Shown here piece after piece: positions 8,727-18,591 of a DNA stretch of 64,000 bases. Origin of the DNA: Nitrospirota bacterium (GTDB lineage Bacteria; Nitrospirota; UBA9217); assembly GCA_963796285.1 (NCBI GenBank), contig CAWCKW010000012.1, forward strand, positions 1,952,001-2,016,000. Direction: 5' to 3'. The translations under genes were made by a program, and so were the position numbers. Each line of letters starts with the position of its first letter. Position 1 is the first letter of the stretch. The notes beneath the pieces were generated by a model. The model ran no database searches and was not told the origin of the DNA. It saw only the letters and a program-made list of their open reading frames with translations.

Positions 8727-10088
8727 TTATATTTTTTGGGTTCCGGCTTGTCCGGGACAGGATGCAGAGGACTTTTCGAGGTCACTGAAAAACCGATAGC
8801 CGCCTTTCCCGCTTTCCTTCACGCGGTACATTGCGGCGTCGGCCTTATTCACAAGCGTTTCCGCGTCATCGCCGTCAAGGTGATAGATGCTGATCCCGAC
8901 ACTTACGCCGATTGTCAATTCAAGCCCTTTTATCCGGAACGGCTCGGACAGTGCCGCGATGATCTTCTTGGCTACAACAGCCGCGTCCATGGGAGCAGTG
9001 ATCCTTCCGCATATGCCGATGAACTCATCGCCGCCCATACGCGCGACCGTGTCTGAACTCCGTGTACTCGACGCCATCCTTTTCGCTACTTCGATAAGCA
9101 ACAGGTCTCCCACTTCGTGGCCGTGTGTATCATTGATATGCTTGAAATGGTCCAGGTCCATAAACAGAAGCGCCAGGATGTAGTTGTTGCGTCTCGCGAG
9201 CGCCAGGAGCTGGTTGATCCGGTCAAAGAACAGCGCGCGGTTCGGCAGCCCGGTGAGTGTATCGTAGAGCGCCAGGCGCTCGAGCCGCTGCTGCCCCTGT
9301 TTCCGCTCGGTGATGTCGCGGAATATCGTCTGGATCGCGGGCGTTCCCCCGTAGACAAAACGAACACCCGATACCTCGACGTCGATCACGGTGCCGTCAA
9401 GGCGGACATACTTCTGCTCGATGCCCAGCACACGATCCGTATTGCTTTCCAGATCATGAACCCGCGCAGTGAAGCTTTCATGAAAATCAGGGTGCACGAT
9501 GGTAAGCGGCGAGACCCCGATCAATTGTTCAGGCGATTCTGCGCCGAGAATCCGCATGCCTGCAGGATTCATGAACACAAACACTCCCCCGGCATGAATG
9601 GCAATACCGTCAGGCGACAGTTCGACCAGTTTCCGGTACCGCTCCTCGCTTTCGTGGATCGCTACTTCCATAAGTCTGTGTTCATTGCTCAGCTGCCGCT
9701 TGTTGATGACCCGGTCGATGACCATGGGGAGCAGCTTCAGATACTTCATCCCCACGTCCTTGACGAGATAGTCCGCTGCCCCGAGCTTGAGCGCCTCGAC
9801 GGCAACTTCAACGTTTCCCTCTCCGGTCAAAATGATGGTCGGCGGAAATGTTTCTTTCCACGTAAGCGTCCGGAGAACATCAATCCCTCCGAGGAACGGC
9901 ATGTTGTAGTCCACGAGCAGAACATCGTAGGGTGCGGCCCCGGCCATGGTGATCCCTTCTTCGCCGTTTGCCGCGGTATCCACGACGAAACCCTGACGCT
10001 GGAGGCTTTTCTGCAGCAGGACGGCGAGGGCGGGATCGTCTTCCATGTATAAAATTCGCGTTTCAGTGAAATCGGACATTGCTGTCAC
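8727..10088 (-). CDS. REC-PAS-GGDEF diguanylate cyclase response regulator
   Basis: YMEDD / LLVDYNMP receiver, PAS domain, YDTLTGLPNR, RSSD I-site, ARMGGDEF; alternative start at ATG 10079. Confidence 0.93.
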   Translation of the reverse strand: MTAMSDFTETRILYMEDDPALAVLLQKSLQRQGFVVDTAANGEEGITMAGAAPYDVLLVDYNMPFLGGIDVLRTLTWKETFPPTIILTGEGNVEVAVEALKLGAADYLVKDVGMKYLKLLPMVIDRVINKRQLSNEHRLMEVAIHESEERYRKLVELSPDGIAIHAGGVFVFMNPAGMRILGAESPEQLIGVSPLTIVHPDFHESFTARVHDLESNTDRVLGIEQKYVRLDGTVIDVEVSGVRFVYGGTPAIQTIFRDITERKQGQQRLERLALYDTLTGLPNRALFFDRINQLLALARRNNYILALLFMDLDHFKHINDTHGHEVGDLLLIEVAKRMASSTRSSDTVARMGGDEFIGICGRITAPMDAAVVAKKIIAALSEPFRIKGLELTIGVSVGISIYHLDGDDAETLVNKADAAMYRVKESGKGGYRFFSDLEKSSASCPGQAGTQKI

Positions 10089-10570
10089 GCCCTCCCTGGC
10101 GTTTTAAGGATCGAGAGGAAATTACCAAGGATCTGGACCGTCGTGGAGAAATTTGCAAACTCGACCGGAGTTGTGATCGCCTCGATCGGCTTGGTGATAT
10201 AGAGGTTGCATCCGAGATCGTAGCACCGGGACACCTCATCAGGGTTACCGATGATCGTGAGAACAATGACCGGGATGCATTTCGTCTCCTCATTGGCCTT
10301 GATGATCTTGAGCACCTCGTATCCATCGAGCACTGGTAAAATAAGATCGAGAAGGACAACGAGCCGCAAGGGCCCTTCGACCTGGTCGTTTCTCTTTTTG
10401 CGCAGGAAATTCACCGCCTTCTGTCCGTCATCACAGTGAACAATCAGGTTCCGGAACCCCGCTCGCCGGAGGTTCTTCTCGATAAGGTGCGCGTGGCCAT
10501 GATCGTCCTCGACCAGAAGGATGGACGTTGATCGTACATCACGTTCGTATATTCTTTTGTCCCGCTCCAT
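10085..10570 (-). CDS. Single-domain response regulator
   Basis: LLVEDD, LLDL, LT and KP receiver motifs. Confidence 0.9.
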   Translation of the reverse strand: MERDKRIYERDVRSTSILLVEDDHGHAHLIEKNLRRAGFRNLIVHCDDGQKAVNFLRKKRNDQVEGPLRLVVLLDLILPVLDGYEVLKIIKANEETKCIPVIVLTIIGNPDEVSRCYDLGCNLYITKPIEAITTPVEFANFSTTVQILGNFLSILKTPGRA

Positions 10571-10577
10571 ACCATTA

Positions 10578-12125
10578 TTATATCATCGCCATGCGATCGC
10601 TGCTCGGAATTGTAAAGCTGATCGTTGTTCCCGTTCCCAGTTCAGATTCGCAGAAGATCCGGCCGCCCTGCCTGCGCACTAGGGCCTTCACATACGCCAG
10701 CCCCATGCCCTCGCCGGGAACATTCTGACGCCCTACGCGCCGGAAGATCTCAAAGATCTTCGGAATATCGTCTTGCGCTATTCCCCGTCCGTTGTCCTTC
10801 ACATGGACGATCGTTTCCTGGTCGTTCTGTTCTGCGGTGACGGATAGCACGCCCGAACGTTCCGGGGCAAGGTACTTCAGGGCATTGTCCAGGAGATTCC
10901 CCATGATCTGCTCCATGGCCGTCTTATCCGCGACGATCACGGGCAGACTGCCTATCTTCACGTCCACGCCCTTCTGTTCGATCTGATGGGTAAATGATTC
11001 CAGGAGAAATCGCATGAGGGCTGTCATGTCAATGGGTACTGGATTCAGCTCCCGACCGCCGTAACGTGAAAGCTTGAGCATCGCGCTGATGAGCCCGTCC
11101 ATCCGGTCAATGGAGGAACTGACGAACGCGACGGACTCAGGGACGTCCTTCCGAAGAAGTTGATCCAGCGTTTCCTGTTTTCCCTCGGGGAGATTGTGGG
11201 CGAATGGTTCTATGAGATCAAGGGCCTCCTTCAACGTCCGTTCCAACTCGGCCGTAAAACCCTTCACGTTCACGAGGGGGGCGCGCAGGTCGTGGGACAC
11301 GCTGTAAACGAACGATTTCAATTCTTCATTGGCGGCACGAAGATCCGTTGCCGACCTTTGGAGCAACTCTTCCGAGCGCTTCCGATCCGTGATGTCCCTT
11401 TGCACATGAACGACCTGGATCACCGTGCCATCCCTGTCCATCACCGGAGATGCGGACACTTCGACATAGAATTTTTCCCCGTTGCCCGTGTAATGGATGT
11501 GTTCTTCCACAGCGTGCTTCCCGGTCTGCACGGTCTCCAGGAGGGGACAGACGTCGTTCGGCGGCGTACATATCTCCTGCCGCTGGTGCGTCACCTCATG
11601 ACACTTCCTTCCAATGACCTCTTCTTCCGTCCGCTTCACCGCACGCAAGAACGCCGCATTCACCCCGACGATCCGGTAATCCCTGGTATCGATGATGCTG
11701 ACGCCGTCATTCAGGCTGTCCATGACCGTCCTCAGGAATGCATGGGCCTCTTTCAGTTCATGCGTTCGAATTTCCACCCGCTGTTCGAGCGATTCTTTGC
11801 CGCGGCGCAGCTCCTCCTGTGCCCTCTTCATGTTGCCGATGGCCTCCCTGCTCACATTGATGACAATGAGGACGAACAGCGCCCCACCGAAGAACACGGG
11901 GCCGATGATAAACTCCGCGGGTATCTGTATGCCGCCGGCCAGGATGACCACAATAGTTATATATCCAACAATAAAGAACGTCATAAGCATGATCATGACG
12001 TTCCAGCGCCTGTGAAGTTCCTCGGGAACAGCGTGACGCGCCTTGTTCCCCAGGTACACGGCAACGGTGAGCAAGAGCGTGCCGGCCAGGATGAGAAGGA
12101 TCGTTATCATGGAGCCAATATGCAT
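10578..12125 (-). CDS. Membrane-bound PAS sensor histidine kinase
   Basis: Three TM segments, PAS domain with KCHEVTH...C...CP, H-box SVSHDLRAPL, NLLDNA, GEGMGLA; start placed at MHIGSM. Confidence 0.9.
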   Translation of the reverse strand: MHIGSMITILLILAGTLLLTVAVYLGNKARHAVPEELHRRWNVMIMLMTFFIVGYITIVVILAGGIQIPAEFIIGPVFFGGALFVLIVINVSREAIGNMKRAQEELRRGKESLEQRVEIRTHELKEAHAFLRTVMDSLNDGVSIIDTRDYRIVGVNAAFLRAVKRTEEEVIGRKCHEVTHQRQEICTPPNDVCPLLETVQTGKHAVEEHIHYTGNGEKFYVEVSASPVMDRDGTVIQVVHVQRDITDRKRSEELLQRSATDLRAANEELKSFVYSVSHDLRAPLVNVKGFTAELERTLKEALDLIEPFAHNLPEGKQETLDQLLRKDVPESVAFVSSSIDRMDGLISAMLKLSRYGGRELNPVPIDMTALMRFLLESFTHQIEQKGVDVKIGSLPVIVADKTAMEQIMGNLLDNALKYLAPERSGVLSVTAEQNDQETIVHVKDNGRGIAQDDIPKIFEIFRRVGRQNVPGEGMGLAYVKALVRRQGGRIFCESELGTGTTISFTIPSSDRMAMI

Positions 12126-12347
12126 GTTTTTACTCAACTCCCGCTTATGAGAACACTCCCCGACCAGTGCGTCACCATCCCTGTTCATGATTGATGTCGG
12201 AGACGCAAACTGCAATGTATGCTGGCCAGGAACTTCGGGGATGGGTCGCCCGAACGACGCTGGATCTTTATTGTGCAGCAGCAGCCGGGACATGCCAGTG
12301 TCATCCAGCGGAACGAGAAGATGAACAGCCATCGCAGCCGGCTTCTC

Positions 12348-12791
12348 TTACACTTTATTCGGCACGTTCAGGACGGACAGGATCTGTCCGAGGTTCTGTA
12401 TCGCCCTGCAGAACGCCTCATACTCAACTGGTTTCGTAACATATGCGTTGCATCCCAGTTCATAGCACTTCGCCACTTCACTGGGGTTGTCCGTGGTCGT
12501 AAGTATTATGACCGGGATCCGCTTCGTGCGATCATCCTGCTTGATGATCTTGAGCACCTGGTACCCGTCCAGGACAGGCAGGTTCAGGTCGAGCAGAACA
12601 AGCTGCGGGTACTCATGCGCGTCGCCCGGGGAACGGTCTTTTTTCAGAAGGAGGTCCACAGCGCTCTGGCCGTCATTGACCGTCACGATATCATGGGAAA
12701 TGCCGGCCCGCCTCAGGTTCTTCTCGATCAGGACCGCATGGCCCGGGTCGTCTTCAACTAAAAGGATGGTCATCGGTTGGTGACTGGTCAT
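12348..12791 (-). CDS. Single-domain response regulator
   Basis: LLVEDDPGHA, LLDLNLP, LTT, TKP; paralog of 10085-10570. Confidence 0.92.
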   Translation of the reverse strand: MTSHQPMTILLVEDDPGHAVLIEKNLRRAGISHDIVTVNDGQSAVDLLLKKDRSPGDAHEYPQLVLLDLNLPVLDGYQVLKIIKQDDRTKRIPVIILTTTDNPSEVAKCYELGCNAYVTKPVEYEAFCRAIQNLGQILSVLNVPNKV

Positions 12792-12989
12792 AGAGAAAAT
12801 GCCTCTTCGCGCAAGATAAGCATGCATGCCCCCGGATTGCGACCCGGTTCGTTGATTGCATGAACTTTCCCCGGGGCTTTTCGCGGTCCCGGTCTGACCT
12901 CATAGCATAGTGTTCGAGCTGTCACCTGATGACACCCGCTTTCTCAATGGGGCGTCATCCATTGCGAAAACACTGCGCAACAGGTGAGA

Positions 12990-14276
12990 TCAATTCGCAG
13001 GTGCCCAGGCCGGAGAAGTGTAGTTCGCGTCGTTCGGCGTGATCCGTTCGAGGTCAGATCCGTCTGCATTCATGACGTACAGGTTGAACTTGCCCCCTCG
13101 ATTCGAGCTGAACACGATCTGCCTGCCCGAGGGCGACCATGCGGGGTTCTCATCGCTCCCCGGACCACTCGTAAGGAGACGCATATCCGACCCGTCCGGA
13201 TTCACTGTCGCAATCTTGAAAAGCCCCTTGACCTGAGAGGCAAACACGATCCGGTCCCCGCGAGGAGACCAGTTGGGCGAGGCGTTGTACGATCCTGCAA
13301 AGCTGATCCGGCGCACGTCAGTCCCATCGACGCCCATGATATAGAGCTGCGGCGAACCCGCCCTGCCCGAGGTGAACACGATCTCTCGTCCGTTCGGCGA
13401 CCAGGCGGGAGAAACATTATCGGAGGTCCCATAGGTAAGCCGCTCAAGTTCTTTCCCGGTCCTGTTCATGGTATAGATCTCGGCGCCGCCGTCCTTGCTC
13501 AGGGCCAGGGCAATACGTTTCCCGTTCGGCGACCAGGCTGGAGAGATGTTCAGACCATCGTTCCCCGCTATCTTCCACCGCTTTCCAGTCTCCATGTCCA
13601 GCCCGAAAAGATCGGGGTTTTTGTCCCTGTACGAAACGTAGGCGAGCACTTTTCCGTCAGGGCTCCAGGCAGGAGACAGGCAGATGGAGCGGTCCGCGGT
13701 TATCTTCATCGCGTTCTGTCCGTCGTAATCCATAACGTAGAGCTCCTTGGAGCGGGTCTTGTCGGAGACGTATACGATGCGGGTCCGCGCAATACCCTTC
13801 TCTCCTGTGTACCGGAAGACGATCTCGTCGGCAAAGGTATGGACCATGCGCCGGAACGTTTCTTGATTGCCGAAATACTCCTTGTTCGTCATCCGCATTC
13901 CCGATGCTGCATCGTACAGCTTGCCGGACAGCACGAGGTCTCTGCCCTTTTTCTGGATTTTGGCCCACACCACTCCGGCAAGACCGAAGGTCCCACCGCG
14001 CTTGATCACGTCCTCCGCGGGCTCCATGGTCCCCGTGAACCTGAGGTCCAGTTTTTTGGCGTCTATGACATCGAATATCTGGGAGCGGCGCAGGTCCGCC
14101 TGCAGCACTTCGAGCGCCATGGAGCGGAGCGCAGGCGATCCCGTTTCATCAGGGATATCAAGGACAGTGATGGGAATTTTTTTTGCCTCGCCGCGGATCA
14201 CGCCAAGGTAATACTGAGCGGGTGCAGGAATGGCAGTGAGCAGACAGACGATAATAAATAGTATGGTTCGTTTCAT
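12990..14276 (-). CDS. tolB: Tol-Pal system beta-propeller protein TolB
   Basis: Signal peptide MKRTILFIIVCLL, N-terminal domain, repeated PxWSPxG (PD40) motifs, follows tolQRA. Confidence 0.93.
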   Translation of the reverse strand: MKRTILFIIVCLLTAIPAPAQYYLGVIRGEAKKIPITVLDIPDETGSPALRSMALEVLQADLRRSQIFDVIDAKKLDLRFTGTMEPAEDVIKRGGTFGLAGVVWAKIQKKGRDLVLSGKLYDAASGMRMTNKEYFGNQETFRRMVHTFADEIVFRYTGEKGIARTRIVYVSDKTRSKELYVMDYDGQNAMKITADRSICLSPAWSPDGKVLAYVSYRDKNPDLFGLDMETGKRWKIAGNDGLNISPAWSPNGKRIALALSKDGGAEIYTMNRTGKELERLTYGTSDNVSPAWSPNGREIVFTSGRAGSPQLYIMGVDGTDVRRISFAGSYNASPNWSPRGDRIVFASQVKGLFKIATVNPDGSDMRLLTSGPGSDENPAWSPSGRQIVFSSNRGGKFNLYVMNADGSDLERITPNDANYTSPAWAPAN

Positions 14277-14332
14277 AATTTTATCCTTCAATGATACCGC
14301 TATACCCAATAGAGCGGGAAACGTTGAGGCCA

Positions 14333-14393
14333 TTGACAGGATTGGCGGATGGTAAAAAGATCATGACCCGATGGTTTCCGGTGATCCTGTCAA
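14333..14393. repeat. Inverted repeat in the tolA-tolB spacer
   Basis: TTGACAGGAT ... ATCCTGTCAA, perfect 10-bp arms. Confidence 0.6.
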
Positions 14394-14486
14394 TAAACCT
14401 TTCCGGTTTGTTCAAGTCTAGCCTGAGGCACCAGCCAGTGATTTGCCGGGTCCTTCCCTCCTTGATGTTCACGCATGCCACGCGAA

Positions 14487-15287
14487 TCATTTTTCGGGGA
14501 CCAGATCCACGGAGAACTCTATTGACTGTTTATAAAACTCCTCCGGCAAAGGCGGAAACGGGTTGGACGTCTGAATTGCACGCATTGCAGCCGCCTTGAA
14601 TTGGTAAGAACCGTTCGAATGTGCGTCATCCAATTGAGCAGCTATAACCCAGCCCGACCTATTGACTTTGAATATGACCGTTGCCTTCGCATCTTTCATA
14701 TCCAGCGGAGGATTCCAGTTTTGTCTTATTTTTTCGCGAACGTTGTTAAGATACCAGGAATATTTGAAGTCCTGCTGTGATGTGACGGCAACACCTTCAC
14801 TTTGTTTACCCGCTGCCGGAGATACTCCGGCAGGAGCAACAGGAGCAGAAGGCACGGCTGTCGATTCCTTGGGCACAGTCTCTTTCGCTTTCGTTTGTGA
14901 CGAAGGCGCCGGCTTCTGTTTCAGATGGCCCATACCGGGCAATGCTTCTTTTTTCGGAGCCGACTTTTTGAGTTCTACTACCGCCTTTTTCGACGTTGGA
15001 GCCGGCTTCGCCGCAGCCGGCATCACTTCCTTCTTCGGGATCGGGGCCGCTGGCGCTGGCACAAGTTCATTCTTCGGGGTCTCGGCCGAGGGCACCGGCA
15101 CAAGTTCTTTCGGCAGACCCACCAGTTTCACCTGATATGCCGGAGGAATAACTGTTTTAGGGAACACCGAGAAGTGCAGAAAGAGCGTGACAAAGACAAC
15201 GGCGGCGTGCAGAAAAAAGGAAACGAAGACCGCAAGCGCCAGTTCATGTTCCGACTTCCCAAATCTCTTCCCTGAAGGGAGCTTCAT
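14487..15287 (-). CDS. tolA: TolA/TonB-family energy transducer
   Basis: TM helix with SFFLH (SxxxH), Pro/Ala/Lys-rich linker, C-terminal PFPPLP. Confidence 0.8.
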   Translation of the reverse strand: MKLPSGKRFGKSEHELALAVFVSFFLHAAVVFVTLFLHFSVFPKTVIPPAYQVKLVGLPKELVPVPSAETPKNELVPAPAAPIPKKEVMPAAAKPAPTSKKAVVELKKSAPKKEALPGMGHLKQKPAPSSQTKAKETVPKESTAVPSAPVAPAGVSPAAGKQSEGVAVTSQQDFKYSWYLNNVREKIRQNWNPPLDMKDAKATVIFKVNRSGWVIAAQLDDAHSNGSYQFKAAAMRAIQTSNPFPPLPEEFYKQSIEFSVDLVPEK

Positions 15288-15703
15288 CGGGTGAGGTTGC
15301 CCCCTGATGCGGGTTCGGTCACCATGCCGAGTCGGTCAATGCCCGCGCGCTTTACAACGTCCATCACCTGCACCACGGCGCCGTAGGGCGCGTCCTTGTC
15401 GGCGCGAAGATACACATTGACAAGCGGCTTGGATTTGCGGATGGATTCGAGTACATCCTTAAGCTTCGAAACATTCACCCGCTCCTGCTCCACGAACAGT
15501 TCCTGCGAGCGAGTGACTGTCAGCACGACCCGGTCCTCCTGCTTCACGGTATTAGCCTCCGATTTCGGCAGGTTCACGTCCAGTCCCCGGCTCATCATAG
15601 GCGAGATGATCATGTAAAAAAAAAGCACCACGAGCAGCACGTCGATGAGCGGCACGAGGTTGATCTCGCGCATAAGATGCCGTTCCCGTCGCTCAAAGCT
15701 CAT
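15284..15703 (-). CDS. tolR: TolR/ExbD family protein
   Basis: EINLVPLIDVLLV, VNLP, LRADKDAPYG. Confidence 0.9.
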   Translation of the reverse strand: MSFERRERHLMREINLVPLIDVLLVVLFFYMIISPMMSRGLDVNLPKSEANTVKQEDRVVLTVTRSQELFVEQERVNVSKLKDVLESIRKSKPLVNVYLRADKDAPYGAVVQVMDVVKRAGIDRLGMVTEPASGGNLTR

Positions 15704-16416
15704 GGTTTCCTCCGGAGAAGGTTACGCTCGATAAAGCTCAGGAACTCCATGGAGAAGGAATCCATCCGCGTGGCGATGCCCCTGATCTTCTCCGAAAAAT
15801 AGTTGTAGGCGATCACTGCCGGGATGGCCACGAACAGCCCCATGGACGTATTGACCAGCGCTGCCGCGAGCCCCGGCGCCAGGGCGGAGATATCGCCCGC
15901 ACCCTTGAGACCGATCCCGTAGAAAGCCTCCATGATACCCCAGACCGTAGCCAGGAGGCCCAGGAGCGGCCCCACCGTACCCGTTGTTCCGAGGAACGCG
16001 AGGTAACGCTCCATATATACGATCTCGTCCTGTGTGTTGATTTTGAGCGAGCGTTCAATTTCCTGGGAAATAAGGGGACGCTCCTCCTCGGTCACCTTGC
16101 CGTCCGGCAGGGTCCTGATGATAGACTCGGCTTTCCGGTAGCCTTCCACGAAGAGCGTGGCAAGGGGGCTGTATTTCTTCGCGTCCGCGTGACTGAAGAG
16201 TTGATCGATGTTCTTCGTCTTCCGGAACTCGATCAGGAAGGCGTGAGACTCCTTCTCCGATCTCCTCAGGAACTGATACTTGAGCAGGATCATGGCCCAC
16301 GAGACCACGGAAAATCCTAAAAGAATGAAAACGATCACCTTGCCGAACCACGTCACTTCCCCGAAAAGGCCGATCACTCCCGTGCCTATGCCGGGCACCG
16401 CGCTGATTGCAAGCAT
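15700..16416 (-). CDS. tolQ: TolQ (MotA/TolQ/ExbB family)
   Basis: Three TM segments, PLLGLLATVWGIM, APGLAAAL, AIPAVIAYN. Confidence 0.9.
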   Translation of the reverse strand: MLAISAVPGIGTGVIGLFGEVTWFGKVIVFILLGFSVVSWAMILLKYQFLRRSEKESHAFLIEFRKTKNIDQLFSHADAKKYSPLATLFVEGYRKAESIIRTLPDGKVTEEERPLISQEIERSLKINTQDEIVYMERYLAFLGTTGTVGPLLGLLATVWGIMEAFYGIGLKGAGDISALAPGLAAALVNTSMGLFVAIPAVIAYNYFSEKIRGIATRMDSFSMEFLSFIERNLLRRKP

Positions 16417-16537
16417 TGTTACCTCCGATCAAGAAATAATTTCAAAATATGACTTGCAAAAAATGCAAAATAACAAAATTGAATATTTTTTTATTTCTGT
16501 CTCTTGAAGATCCCCTGTGCCTATCTTACTTCGCCAT

Positions 16538-18469
16538 TTATCCAAGAACCGCGATGACCCGGCCCATATCCGCTATCCCATATCCGCCCATGCTTACGAT
16601 CCGCTCCCGGAACTCGTTGTTCCCGCGGATGATCCCAAGTAACGCCTGCATCATCGGCAAATCGTAGAACTCCCCGGGTATGGCCAAATCATACCGCTCT
16701 TGCGCCACAGGGACAAAATCGAGATCCAGCGCCTGGGCAGCCGAGAGCACCGCAAGCCCGGTGTCCGCTGCTCCTGAAAGCACGGCCGCAGCAACTGCCA
16801 TGTGCGTAAATTCCTCATGATAATACCCGTTTACAACGGCTGGGTCAATACGCAATTTTTTAAGATGCAGATCCGTTAACAGCCTTGTGCCTGCGCCCGC
16901 CTGGCGGTTCACGAAGACCACGTCCTTGCGTCGAAGATCCTCAAATGCTTTGATGCCTTTCGGATTCCCTTTGGGCACGATGAAACCCTGGGTCCGGTAC
17001 ACAAGGTTCACGAGCACCACTTTCGTATCGGGAAGAAGCTTCTTGATATAGCTTACATTATATTCACCCGTCTCTTCATCGAGCAGATGCGTTCCGGCGA
17101 GGTGCGCCTCTCCGCGTTTGAGCGCGAGAAGGCCGCCCATGCTGCCGACGTGCGCTGAGGAGAGCGAATACTCAGGGTGTTTTTTCTTGAGATAATTTCC
17201 GAGCACGTCAAGGGCATTGTCATGCGACCCGATGCAGACAAGGGTATTCTCAATATCACGGGTGGAACGCATAAGCTCAACTGTCACTGCATGACCGGCA
17301 GCGATTCCCTCGCTCTCAGCAGGAACGCGGATAATGCCGTCGGCGCGCACCAGAGACATGAGCGCCCCTGCGCCCCTGGTCACGGGTGTCGCGATCAGGT
17401 TGCCCGACACGCTCCCGATCTTCACGCGGATGAACTCCTCCTGCCCGAGTGATGACGCCACCTGCCTGCTGAGCTTTGCCGTGATCGTGTCCGGACCGGG
17501 TGCTTGCAGTCCCAGCAGCGCGTAGATCAGCGGTTTGACAAACAGCGTGAAGGTGAGTGCCGCTGATACGGGATACCCCGGGATGCCGATCACGGGTTTG
17601 CCTTTGACGATCCCGAGGATCACCGGCTTGCCGGGCTTGATGGAAACACCATGCACAAGGACCTCCCCGAGCTCCGTGATCACATCAACGGTAAAATCTT
17701 CCCTGCCTGCCGAGGATCCTGCATTGATCACAACCAGATCAGCGTCGGCAAGCGCATCGAGAATTGTCTGACGGAGAAGATCCGCATCGTCTTTTACGAT
17801 ATGTCTTCGGACCGCATGCGCGCCGTACTCCGTGGCCATCGCCGCAAGCATGGTCGAATTGAAATCAATGATATCTCCTCGTTTCAGTTCGCTGCCCGGC
17901 TCCACCAGTTCGGTGCCGGTCGGGATGATCGAGACCACGGGCCTGCGCCGGACCATGACGGCAGAATGGCCGCTCGCGATCATGGCTGCCATGTCCACCG
18001 GCCGGATGACATGGTTCTCGGAGATGATGAGCTCGGTGGCAACAATGTCCTCTCCAACCAGACGCACATGCTGCCATGGCGTTGCCGGCTTCAGGATCTC
18101 GATCTCGGTATCAGATGTCTTTTCCACGTCCTCGATCATGATCACCGCGTCATACTCCTCGGGCATGGGGTCGCCGGTGTCGATCGGGACGGCCTGCGAG
18201 GGGACGTCAAGACGCCTGGGTCTCGTCTCCGACGCGCCAAAGGTGTCAATGAACTTGACGGCATAGCCGTCCATGGCCGCTGAATGATAGAACGGCGACG
18301 AAATCTTCGCGATCACCGCCTCGGACGTGACGCGGCCCAGCGCATCACCCACAGGAATGTGCTCGCCCGCATGCGGCCCGCCGATATGCGCCGCCTTCAA
18401 TGCATCATTATACTTATTGATCGCATCCGCAAGCGGCTGGTTGTCGAGATATTTCTTTTGTTTGTACAT
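16538..18469 (-). CDS. moeA: Molybdopterin molybdotransferase MoeA fused to a C-terminal PBP-like domain
   Basis: SAAMDGYAV, PTGTEL, IKPGKP, IPGYPVSA, then GSHD, GSMGGL, VNRQAGAGTR. Confidence 0.93.
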   Translation of the reverse strand: MYKQKKYLDNQPLADAINKYNDALKAAHIGGPHAGEHIPVGDALGRVTSEAVIAKISSPFYHSAAMDGYAVKFIDTFGASETRPRRLDVPSQAVPIDTGDPMPEEYDAVIMIEDVEKTSDTEIEILKPATPWQHVRLVGEDIVATELIISENHVIRPVDMAAMIASGHSAVMVRRRPVVSIIPTGTELVEPGSELKRGDIIDFNSTMLAAMATEYGAHAVRRHIVKDDADLLRQTILDALADADLVVINAGSSAGREDFTVDVITELGEVLVHGVSIKPGKPVILGIVKGKPVIGIPGYPVSAALTFTLFVKPLIYALLGLQAPGPDTITAKLSRQVASSLGQEEFIRVKIGSVSGNLIATPVTRGAGALMSLVRADGIIRVPAESEGIAAGHAVTVELMRSTRDIENTLVCIGSHDNALDVLGNYLKKKHPEYSLSSAHVGSMGGLLALKRGEAHLAGTHLLDEETGEYNVSYIKKLLPDTKVVLVNLVYRTQGFIVPKGNPKGIKAFEDLRRKDVVFVNRQAGAGTRLLTDLHLKKLRIDPAVVNGYYHEEFTHMAVAAAVLSGAADTGLAVLSAAQALDLDFVPVAQERYDLAIPGEFYDLPMMQALLGIIRGNNEFRERIVSMGGYGIADMGRVIAVLG

Positions 18470-18591
18470 ATCGATTGTATGAATAAAGGTTACATGACCT
18501 TGTTACGAATGTATTGGAAAATCGCCTTTATTGTTCAACTCCGCGCTTTTTCATTGTAATTTCCAGCGGGTCAATGCTGCATCCCCGTTCG

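Noticed and set aside
12126-12332. N-terminal extension of the histidine kinase ORF
   Set aside because: Not domain-like; a start near the first TM helix is more plausible
12792-12989. Possible c-di-GMP riboswitch before the signalling cluster
   Set aside because: Hairpins are present but the GEMM-type GGCAAAC...GGGACGCAAAGC core is absent
12984-14261. 425-aa plus-strand ORF and similar long antisense ORFs (e.g. 18638-19789, 23379-24413, 52324-53415)
   Set aside because: Shadow frames of well-supported genes in GC-rich DNA, with no motifs
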